Shown piece after piece: positions 1 to 7,246 of a stretch of DNA of 51,442 bases. Below the pieces are notes generated by a model. That model was not told where the DNA came from. It was given only the letters and a program-made list of their open reading frames with translations, and searched no databases. Within the stretch, counting starts at the first letter, position 1, and each line of letters opens with the position of its first letter. The stretch is from Candidatus Fraserbacteria bacterium. Its GTDB lineage: Bacteria; Bipolaricaulota; Bipolaricaulia; RBG-16-55-9. Location: NCBI GenBank assembly GCA_037443265.1, contig JBBIOR010000002.1, forward strand, positions 37,507-88,948, given 5' to 3'. Made by a program: the position numbers and the translations under genes.

Positions 1-77
1 AAGAGAACCAAACCAAGAATAGCTATAACGGCATACCCCATGGTGGCAAGACCGAAGAAGATGTACCAAATATTCAT
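1..77 (-). CDS. N-terminus of a probable membrane or secreted protein running off the left edge
   Basis: ATG at 77 (minus) reads MNIWYIFFGLATMGYAVIAILGLVL, a hydrophobic segment with no stop before the edge; TATAAT on the minus strand at 138-143. Confidence 0.45.
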   Translation of the reverse strand, partial: MNIWYIFFGLATMGYAVIAILGLVL

Positions 78-200
78 ACAAGCACTTCCGCCGCTTCTAG
101 CAGATCATGCCCTTCAGATCGGCGCTATATCAATTAAATTATACATCTGGGCCATCCCTAGGCTATGATCTCTATCAATCGGAGGGCTCTTAAGGTTTGA

Positions 201-707
201 CTATGATCGTGTACATTCGTGTAAATTCCGCGAACCCCATAGGGCATTCATCGCAAGGGGATTTTCTCTCCGAAGATTATAAGGATTTATGATGGCGAAG
301 GGAAAGAATAGATACTTGCCCGGCTGTCGGGGAGCAAGGAGAGAGGCCGGCACTTCTGCCTGCTGATCCTCAAAAAGCCTGAGGTGCACCCGTGCCTCCG
401 GACCGTCTGCGCTGATCGGAAGCTGATATCCGTCCAAAAATGTCGTCACCAGGCAGTCCCTCGGCCCGGCAAAGGCGCTGTTGCGTATTATTATATAATA
501 ATCCAGACGTTGACCGGCAGCAAGCTCCACCTGCCAGTTAAGAAGCTGTTCATCGGTAGGACTAGACACTAGACTGAGATGGATGCCACTCCTCACGTTG
601 GTTTCGGAAGGAGGAGGGATTTCGTAGCGAAAGACATGCGCTTTTAAGCTTCCATCGTCTCGCGGGACGGGAAATCGGTGGACGATCTCTTCCTTCCCCT
701 CCGTCAC
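201..707 (-). CDS. Hypothetical protein, possibly the 3' part of a frameshifted gene starting at 783
   Basis: 168-aa ORF with a GTG start and no clear SD; the frame stays open upstream to about 764 (KTDQPTLSWLLLIFGLQHF). Confidence 0.45.
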   Translation of the reverse strand: MTEGKEEIVHRFPVPRDDGSLKAHVFRYEIPPPSETNVRSGIHLSLVSSPTDEQLLNWQVELAAGQRLDYYIIIRNSAFAGPRDCLVTTFLDGYQLPISADGPEARVHLRLFEDQQAEVPASLLAPRQPGKYLFFPFAIINPYNLRRENPLAMNALWGSRNLHECTRS

Positions 708-775
708 AAAATGTTGAAGGCCGAAAATGAGCAGCAGCCATGAGAGTGTCGGCTGATCCGTTTTTTATTTTATAT

Positions 776-1621
776 TTAACCATATCGGCAGATCTTACCC
801 GGCGGCACTAGGTGAATCTGAAAACTCAGATTGAGCCTTCCGACTTCAGCCTCGATCTGCTTAAGTTCTTTGCGATAGCGCGAGGAGATGTGAAATACGA
901 AGAGCTCGCGCTTCACTCCCGCTTGACAGGCCACTCCAATAGCTTCCTCAAGAGTCGAGTGCGTTAAGTTCTCGCGATCTTCCTCTTTCAAGAAGGTAGC
1001 CTCATGGCATAAGATTTCCGTCTCCCTCACAAGATCGGGCTCAAGAGGCGCAGAATCTCCTCCGTACGAGAAGAGCTTCTGGGGATAGCTCGTCATGAGC
1101 TCTTCCCGGCCCAGCTCCTTGACCAACTGACGAATCTCCGGTTCGCTTAAGCCTTGATACTCGTCTTTCAGGCGCTTGCGCACCTCGATCACGTTATAGC
1201 CTAAAGATTTTTCGCCGCGGGTATGCTTCGTGCGGAAGGCTTCCACATAGCGATCGTTCTGGCCCTCAAAGACCTTCACGCGATCGCCCGCCTCAAGAGG
1301 AATCCACGCCAGTTCATAGTCCAGCTTGGAGTTGGTCCGGGCGATGTAGGCCATCAGCTCCAGCACGCGCCAGTTGTCCTTGGGATAATAAATATAAAGC
1401 GGCTTCTCGGTGTCCCCCATGGCGCTGTTTCTGATATTGACAAGCCCAATCAGGCCCGAGATATGATCCGCATGGCCGTGGGATAAAAAAACACGCTCGA
1501 TCGCAAAGGATTTATTGCCTAGAGCGCAGCTCAAGCCTTCGCCCGCATCGAAGGCCAGCCGATCCGGCGCATAGTAGAGCCAGGTGGCATAGAGCCCTTT
1601 AGAATAAATGAGCAGCTTCAC
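776..1621 (-). CDS. rnz: Ribonuclease Z, Thermotoga (TM)-type, metallo-beta-lactamase fold
   Basis: FDAGEG, SHGHADH (HxHxDH), GDS, HEATF and FHISSRY motifs; closely colinear with T. maritima tRNase Z as recalled; SD AAGGAG before the GTG start. Confidence 0.9.
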   Translation of the reverse strand: MKLLIYSKGLYATWLYYAPDRLAFDAGEGLSCALGNKSFAIERVFLSHGHADHISGLIGLVNIRNSAMGDTEKPLYIYYPKDNWRVLELMAYIARTNSKLDYELAWIPLEAGDRVKVFEGQNDRYVEAFRTKHTRGEKSLGYNVIEVRKRLKDEYQGLSEPEIRQLVKELGREELMTSYPQKLFSYGGDSAPLEPDLVRETEILCHEATFLKEEDRENLTHSTLEEAIGVACQAGVKRELFVFHISSRYRKELKQIEAEVGRLNLSFQIHLVPPGKICRYG

Positions 1622-1665
1622 TGAGAAACTCCTTCCGTATTGAGCCCAGACCAGAAGATCACGCC

Positions 1666-1725
1666 ATTGTATAAGCCGGCCGCTGCCCTCTTCAATTGCG
1701 TACGGCGCTTCAGTTGGCGTACCCT
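1666..1725. promoter_or_regulatory. Divergent sigma70-like promoters for rnz (-) and rnhB (+)
   Basis: Minus: TTGAAG (1690-1695)-18-TACAAT (1666-1671). Plus: TTGCGT (1696-1701)-18-TACCCT (1720-1725). Confidence 0.5.
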
Positions 1726-1742
1726 AGCGTGGAGAAGCCGCC

Positions 1743-2384
1743 ATGGGAAGAATCTTGGGGATCGACGAGGCAGGACGCGGGCCTGTCATCGGGCCTCTGG
1801 TGCTGGCAGGCGTGCTGGTGGATGAAGCTCAACTGGCGGCCATCCCTCAGCTGGGCTTGAAAGATTCGAAAAGACTCAGTCGCCCTCGAAGAAAGCTGCT
1901 AGCGCCGAAGATTAACTCCATGGCGCGAGCGACCCGTCTGCTGGCGATCCCGCCTGAAAGACTCGATGGGAATCTGACCCAAATTGAGCTTTGGGGGATG
2001 GCTCAGATCATTCGGGAACTCCTGCCCACCGTTGTCTATCTGGATGCGCCTATCCCGGCCCGCGGAATTCCCAGATATGTGGAGGCCCTGCGCTCGCTCC
2101 TCAAAGACTATGAGCTTGAGATCATCGCCGAGAACAAAGCCGACGCGAAGTACCCGATCGTTATGGCCGCCTCTATCATCGCCAAAGTCCACCGGGATCA
2201 AGCCATCGAAGAGCTGAAAGCGAAGTATGGCGACTTCGGCTGGGGCTATCCCTCTGAGCGTAAGACCCTTCAATTTCTGAGGGCTTGGTACACTGCTCAT
2301 GGCTCCTTCCCCAACTGTGTGCGCCAGCGCTGGCGCACCCTTAAGCGGGTGATACCACAAGACCTCTTCAGGGAGAAACGCTGA
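1743..2384 (+). CDS. rnhB: Ribonuclease HII, archaeal-like
   Basis: GIDEAGRGPVIGPLV, LKDSKRL, ENKAD, AASIIAKVHRD and GDFGWGYPS motifs. Confidence 0.95.
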   Translation: MGRILGIDEAGRGPVIGPLVLAGVLVDEAQLAAIPQLGLKDSKRLSRPRRKLLAPKINSMARATRLLAIPPERLDGNLTQIELWGMAQIIRELLPTVVYLDAPIPARGIPRYVEALRSLLKDYELEIIAENKADAKYPIVMAASIIAKVHRDQAIEELKAKYGDFGWGYPSERKTLQFLRAWYTAHGSFPNCVRQRWRTLKRVIPQDLFREKR

Positions 2385-2431
2385 GTCCCCTGCTGGTCTT
2401 TTGAGCGCGCGCTTGATAGACTTGACTCGCT

Positions 2432-2716
2432 ATGCCTTTTGTCCATTACGGAGCCGATGAAGCCCTGTGCAGGGCCGTGGAGCAGTTGGCTTCTAACGGC
2501 GCTTGTGAGGAGCTCGATCGGGTGATCCAGCGACTCGGAGCGCATCATGTGGCGCACTTTCTCGCCACCACAGCCGATACCCGATCGGCCGAGGCGCTAC
2601 GACGCTATTTGAGTGCCTACTGGCCCGCGTATTATGAGCTCATCGAGAGGCTGATCCGTGCCGCCCGTCGCATTCCGGAGAACGAAGATTTACAGAGGGA
2701 CTTCGGAGAATCTTGA
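2432..2716 (+). CDS. Hypothetical protein (94 aa, helical)
   Basis: Fills the gap between rnhB and a convergent gene; extended -10-like TGaTAGACT at 2414-2422; no SD. Confidence 0.55.
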   Translation: MPFVHYGADEALCRAVEQLASNGACEELDRVIQRLGAHHVAHFLATTADTRSAEALRRYLSAYWPAYYELIERLIRAARRIPENEDLQRDFGES

Positions 2717-2763
2717 TCTCAAGAAGGGCTTTGCCTGCTCACGTCTTTCGTCAGGATTGGCTC

Positions 2764-3660
2764 TTATCGTAAGACCACCAGTTTCTTCATTGCGCGGACA
2801 ATGCGGCCATCGAATCTTAGTGCTGTGACGACATAAAGATAGACTCCGTTAGCCACAGGCTTCCCACTGTCGGTCTCCAGATTCCAGACTAGTCTCGTGC
2901 CCCATGCTTGCTGGGAGAAGACCCGCTGGCCGCTGAGAGCATAGACTTCCACAGCTAGGCCGGTGACCTCTGAGCCTGCGGCGATAAATGCCAGGGAGTT
3001 CTGACCAGCATGGATCGACAAGGCTACAGCTTTGGGGGAAGAAGTGGCTGCCCCTTGAAGGGGAGTTTGGGAGACCCAAGCGTCGATGACGGCAAAGAAG
3101 AGTTCATCACTGACCTGCCCCGCGACCCATTGGTCGATGGCCATGAAGAGTTCCTTGTCGTCGATGACGCCATTGTCATTGGCGTCAAAGTCCTTGAGAG
3201 CAGCGTTTTCATCTCCTCTGATCTCAAAACTCGTGGTATATAGGCCAGCATCCAAGGTGTCGAGCTGGATGATACATCTGCCTTCTGGGACAGGCTCAGG
3301 TCGGGAGGCAGCATACTCGCTCCTTGGTCCATGTACTAAATCCCAAGCGTCTTCGAGCCGCTGGCCAGGCTGAATGCGAGTAATGATCAGTACGGCTAAT
3401 CTTCCCACGACTAGTAAGACTTGACCGTCGTCTGTAATGCAACTGGCCATCCAAGGGAAGGGTTGATTTAGGGTGATGGTGTCAGGGCAGTTGTTTGTAA
3501 AGGAGACTGTGACTATCTCCCTTGGCTTGTAAAGCTCCTTATCTGTCTCCAACTGAGCACAGTCTTTGGACATTGGGGACGCCAGTGAGCTATACGTCCA
3601 CGTGGGTAACCCTATTGCGACGGCTATCGCTGCCAAGAGAGCAAGGATGAATCGACTCAT
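2764..3660 (-). CDS. Secreted protein: signal peptide, Ig-like domain, EF-hand-like motif, FlgD/T9SS-like C-terminal domain
   Basis: Start MSRFILALLAAIAV after SD GAGGAGG; DFDANDNGVIDDKE Ca-loop-like motif; tail VYALSGQRVF...WNLETDSGKPVANGVYLY...KKLVVLR. Confidence 0.75.
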   Translation of the reverse strand: MSRFILALLAAIAVAIGLPTWTYSSLASPMSKDCAQLETDKELYKPREIVTVSFTNNCPDTITLNQPFPWMASCITDDGQVLLVVGRLAVLIITRIQPGQRLEDAWDLVHGPRSEYAASRPEPVPEGRCIIQLDTLDAGLYTTSFEIRGDENAALKDFDANDNGVIDDKELFMAIDQWVAGQVSDELFFAVIDAWVSQTPLQGAATSSPKAVALSIHAGQNSLAFIAAGSEVTGLAVEVYALSGQRVFSQQAWGTRLVWNLETDSGKPVANGVYLYVVTALRFDGRIVRAMKKLVVLR

Positions 3661-3674
3661 GAAACTTCCTCCTC

Positions 3675-4387
3675 TCAGCACCCAAACGTAGGAGCGCAGG
3701 TGGTGAGGACATCCAGCTCTGATTCTATCCAAGCGAAGGCGCTGAAGCCGAATGTAGGACCGAAGAAGGCACCCCAGAGGATGCCATAGAGATAGACATC
3801 GTACGTGGAGGGGGAGTTGACGATCTTGAAGACGGGTGATCCACTATCTCCTACCGATACGTTGGCATTCACGAAATCTTGGCAGAGCAGGGTCTTTGTC
3901 GATGTCACGTTCCAATCCACACAGGTAGAGGAGACTCTGCCAGTTGATACGCCTGTGACTTTGCCGACTTTGCTGAGAGTCTCATTCAAGGCTGGGAACC
4001 CCACTTCACTTACGGTCCGGTAGCTAGGGCTAAGAATATTAAGCTGGCTATCCACTCGTGCTATGAATCCCAAGCTTCGCGTGACTCCGGAATCGAGCCG
4101 CACAAAGGCGCTGTCACTGAGGCGACACTGCCGTCCCACAGGGCATGGATCTCCCGTGAAAAATGTCGGGTCCACGGTTTCAACGCCGATCCGGTTGCTG
4201 GTACTACTTAAATCTTTCTGACCACAGGCACATCGCCCACCGCAGGACCCGAAAGGGCCTGACTTGTTGCCTCAGCTTCTTTCCCAGAGTTATCGGGTAG
4301 AAGGGACGTACATCCGCTGATCATTGCCATTAACGTCAACACACCGAACGCTAGAACCGTCATCCGCCACGCCTTGTATTTAGACAT
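3675..4387 (-). pseudogene. Disrupted lipoprotein S1 (trypsin-like) serine protease: N-terminal stub 4208-4387, out-of-frame C-terminal half 3675-~4210
   Basis: The stub has SD AAGGAGG and a lipobox-like ISGC, then stops after 59 aa. The other frame has SDSAF, KVGKVTGVSTG and GDSGSPVF but no catalytic His region. Confidence 0.7.
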
Positions 4388-4450
4388 TTGAAATCCTCCT
4401 TCTTTTACATGGCGCAAACCGACCGAGCGCCTAAGATGGAGGACTGTTGA

Positions 4451-4480
4451 GATATAGCACTTACCCCCCCCGCTGGTCAA
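4451..4480 (-). promoter_or_regulatory. Putative promoter with a G8 tract in its spacer
   Basis: TTGACC (4475-4480), 18-nt spacer containing G8 (4464-4471), then TGc-TATATC (4451-4456). Confidence 0.45.
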
Positions 4481-4567
4481 GAGAGCCATGCATTACAGCC
4501 GTCCTTGCATAGCCACTGGTAAACGTGCTCCTCATCGGCTATGCTGGCAAACTAATAGGTGGTCTCC

Positions 4568-6217
4568 GTGAGCAAGCCAAAAGTGCTTATCTGCAGCGCG
4601 TGGCCCTATGCCTCCAACGTGCCCCATCTGGGCAATCTGATCGGCTCCCTTCTATCAGGCGACGTCTTCGCCCGCTACTGGCGCCTTAAGGGCCATGAGG
4701 TACTGCACGTGAGCGGCTCGGACACCCACGGCACGCACATCGAATACGAAGCCTTCAAGCGCGGCCTAAGCCCCAAAGAGCTCTCGGATCGCGTGCACCA
4801 GCAGATTCTTGAAATCATAAAGGCTTTCGAGATCGATATGTTCTACACCACAACGGAGTCTCCTACTCACTATCGCTTTGTGCACGAGATCTACAAGAAA
4901 GCCGAGGCCAACGGCCATATTTTCCCCAGAGAAGAAGAGCGGGCCTTCTGCACCCAAGATGGGAAATTTCTGGCCGATCGCTTCATCCAGGGGACGTGTC
5001 CACACTGCGGATCTCCCAACGCCTACGGCAATCAGTGCGATGATTGTGGGAGGCTCCTTGAGCCCGAGGAATTGAAAAATCCCCGATGCCGCATCTGTGG
5101 CCAAAGCTCTATCAGCTTCCAGAAGACCCGCAACTGGTATCTCGATCTGCCCCGACTCGAAGGCCCGCTCAAAGATTTTCTGGCTTCTCGCTCCTTCAGT
5201 GACAACGTGCACCGCTTCACGGAGAATCTTCTAAGAGAAGGCCTTAGGCCCCGTGCCGTCACGCGCGATCTCAGCTGGGGCATCCCGGCGCCCTTCAGAG
5301 GAGCCGAAGGGAAAGTCATCTATGTCTGGGCCGAGGCGGCCCTGGGCTATGTGTCGGCCACCATCGAATACTTCGAAAAACACGGCGATCCCCAAGGCTG
5401 GAAAGCTTTCTGGCTGGAAGAGCATGACGTCAAGCACATCTACACGCAAGGCAAAGATAATATCCCCTTCCACACGATCTTCTTCCCGGCGCAGCTTCTG
5501 GCTGCGGGCGAAAGATTTCATCTGCCGGATCAGATCTCGGCCACGGAATATCTCAATTGGATCGGTGGCCAGCAGTTCTCCAAGACGAGGGGGATTGGCA
5601 TCTACTGCGACGACGCATTGCAGCTTTTGCCCGGCGTCTACTGGAGATTCTATCTGCTCTTGTTCCGCCCGGAGCAGCGGGATGTCGATTTCAGCTGGGA
5701 GGATCTCGATAAGGCCATAAACGGCGTCTTCGTCAACAACATCGCCAATCTCATACACCGAGTGGCCTCGCTGGCCCATCGCAGCTACAACGGAATCGTC
5801 CCCAAGGCGACCATGGCACCAGAGATCTCAAAAGCCATCCAAGAGACGAAAGAGGCCTACGAGCGGGCCCTTGAGGAGGGCCTCTTGGCGGCGGCCCTCC
5901 GGCGGGTCACAGAGCTCGCTGTGGCGGGCAACGAGTACGTCCAGCACCAGAGGCCCTGGGAAGAGCAGAAGCCCCACGTGATCACTACGGCCTATCAGCT
6001 CATCAAGGCACTCTCTATCTTCTTGGAGCCTTTCGTGCCCTCGTTCTCCCGGAGGGCCTATCGCGTGCTGGGCGTTCAAGATCCCCGCTGGGAGGAGATC
6101 ACGCAGTCTGGGGCAAGGGCAATCCGTCTGGGGCCGGTCGAACGCCTCTTGGAGCGGGTGGATGTCTTAAGGGTCAGCGAACAATACGCCCGCCTCAAGG
6201 GAGCAGGCAACCCTTGA
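4568..6217 (+). CDS. metG: Methionine--tRNA ligase, archaeal/eukaryote-like, without the C-terminal dimerisation domain
   Basis: SAWPYASNVPHLGN (HIGH-like), zinc knuckles CPHC/CDDC/CRIC, TRDLSWGIP, GKDNIPFH, QFSKT (KMSKS-like); GTG 4568 follows AGGTGG (the track starts at 4559). Confidence 0.95.
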   Translation: MSKPKVLICSAWPYASNVPHLGNLIGSLLSGDVFARYWRLKGHEVLHVSGSDTHGTHIEYEAFKRGLSPKELSDRVHQQILEIIKAFEIDMFYTTTESPTHYRFVHEIYKKAEANGHIFPREEERAFCTQDGKFLADRFIQGTCPHCGSPNAYGNQCDDCGRLLEPEELKNPRCRICGQSSISFQKTRNWYLDLPRLEGPLKDFLASRSFSDNVHRFTENLLREGLRPRAVTRDLSWGIPAPFRGAEGKVIYVWAEAALGYVSATIEYFEKHGDPQGWKAFWLEEHDVKHIYTQGKDNIPFHTIFFPAQLLAAGERFHLPDQISATEYLNWIGGQQFSKTRGIGIYCDDALQLLPGVYWRFYLLLFRPEQRDVDFSWEDLDKAINGVFVNNIANLIHRVASLAHRSYNGIVPKATMAPEISKAIQETKEAYERALEEGLLAAALRRVTELAVAGNEYVQHQRPWEEQKPHVITTAYQLIKALSIFLEPFVPSFSRRAYRVLGVQDPRWEEITQSGARAIRLGPVERLLERVDVLRVSEQYARLKGAGNP

Positions 6218-6242
6218 AACGCCGCGCCCTATGGTTTAAAAT
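6214..6242 (+). promoter_or_regulatory. Promoter of the rplU operon
   Basis: TTGAAA-17-TAAAAT. Confidence 0.6.
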
Positions 6243-6266
6243 AAGCCCGCATTCTTAAGGGAAGGT

Positions 6267-6593
6267 ATGAGCATGTCGAAATATGCCATCATCGAGACCG
6301 GGGGCAAGCAGTATCGCGTGGAGGAAGGGGAGCCGATCCTGATTGAGCGAGTGCGCGGCGTGCAGCCGGGCGAGCGGGTAGCTTTCGAGCGCGTGCTCTT
6401 GCTCGCGCAGGACGGCCAAGTGAAGATCGGCCGGCCCTACCTGAAGGGCGCAAAAGTCGTCGGCACGCTGCTAGAGGAGCGCAAGGGCGAGAAGATTCGT
6501 ATTTTTAAATACAAGCCCAAGAAGCGCCAGAGCTTAAGAAGAGGCCATCGGCAGATCTACGCCAGGGCCCTGATCGAGGAGATCCAAGGATGA
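6267..6593 (+). CDS. rplU: 50S ribosomal protein L21
   Basis: YAIIETGGKQYRVEEG, KIRIFKYKPKK, GHRQ; start may be ATG 6273. Confidence 0.97.
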   Translation: MSMSKYAIIETGGKQYRVEEGEPILIERVRGVQPGERVAFERVLLLAQDGQVKIGRPYLKGAKVVGTLLEERKGEKIRIFKYKPKKRQSLRRGHRQIYARALIEEIQG

Positions 6594-6931
6594 CCGAAGT
6601 CGAAATTCTAAGAGACCCTGAAGGACGGGTGCAAGAGTTTCGTTGCCGGTGGGAGCCCGCCGGCGAGGAGACCGAAGAGGGCAAATTCGTCGAGATTGGA
6701 GTGTCGACCCTTGTGCGCACGGCCATCCTGGGCCTCCAGGGATATTTGAGATTGAACCCCGAGGTCGAGGATGAGCCGGATCGCCTGGCGCTGCGGCTCA
6801 AGCGGGATTATCTATTGAACAGAGAGATCGACGCCATTTTGGAGACGACGCTCTTAGGGTTAAAAGCCATCGAGAAGCGTCATCCCGAGTATCTGGGCCT
6901 CAAGGAGACCCCGAGTCGAGTGAGGGTCTAG
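6590..6931 (+). CDS. Prp/YsxB-like ribosomal-processing protease homologue, apparently lacking the catalytic residues
   Basis: Lies between rplU and rpmA, 113 aa; [13 protein letters not shown] and [19 protein letters not shown] match the Prp pattern, but GHA and DIVC are absent. Confidence 0.75.
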   Translation: MTEVEILRDPEGRVQEFRCRWEPAGEETEEGKFVEIGVSTLVRTAILGLQGYLRLNPEVEDEPDRLALRLKRDYLLNREIDAILETTLLGLKAIEKRHPEYLGLKETPSRVRV

Positions 6932-6963
6932 CCCCAATCACTACTAGAGAGGGAGGAGCGTGG

Positions 6964-7209
6964 ATGGCACACAAGACCAGCGGCGGCAGCTCAAAGAACG
7001 GCCGAGATAGCCGTGCGAAGCGTCTGGGCATCAAGCGCTACGGTGGGCAGATCGTCCAGGCCGGTGAGATCCTGGTCCGCCAGCGCGGGACGCGCTTTCT
7101 GCCGGGCCCTGGAGTGGGCTTGGGCCGGGATCACACCCTCTTTGCCCAGGTGGCCGGTCAAGTGGTATTCAAGGGGAGGTATGTCCGCATCCAACCCCTG
7201 TCCTCATGA
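6964..7209 (+). CDS. rpmA: 50S ribosomal protein L27, short form
   Basis: [39 protein letters not shown]. Confidence 0.97.
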   Translation: MAHKTSGGSSKNGRDSRAKRLGIKRYGGQIVQAGEILVRQRGTRFLPGPGVGLGRDHTLFAQVAGQVVFKGRYVRIQPLSS

Positions 7210-7246
7210 GATCCTCTCCGCTCCCTCCCCTCCAGTGAATCCCTGA

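Noticed and set aside
2401..2440. Possible frameshifted 5' extension (LIDLTRYAF) of the 2432 ORF at a T4 run
   Set aside because: No homolog evidence available, and an extended -10 explains the ATG at 2432
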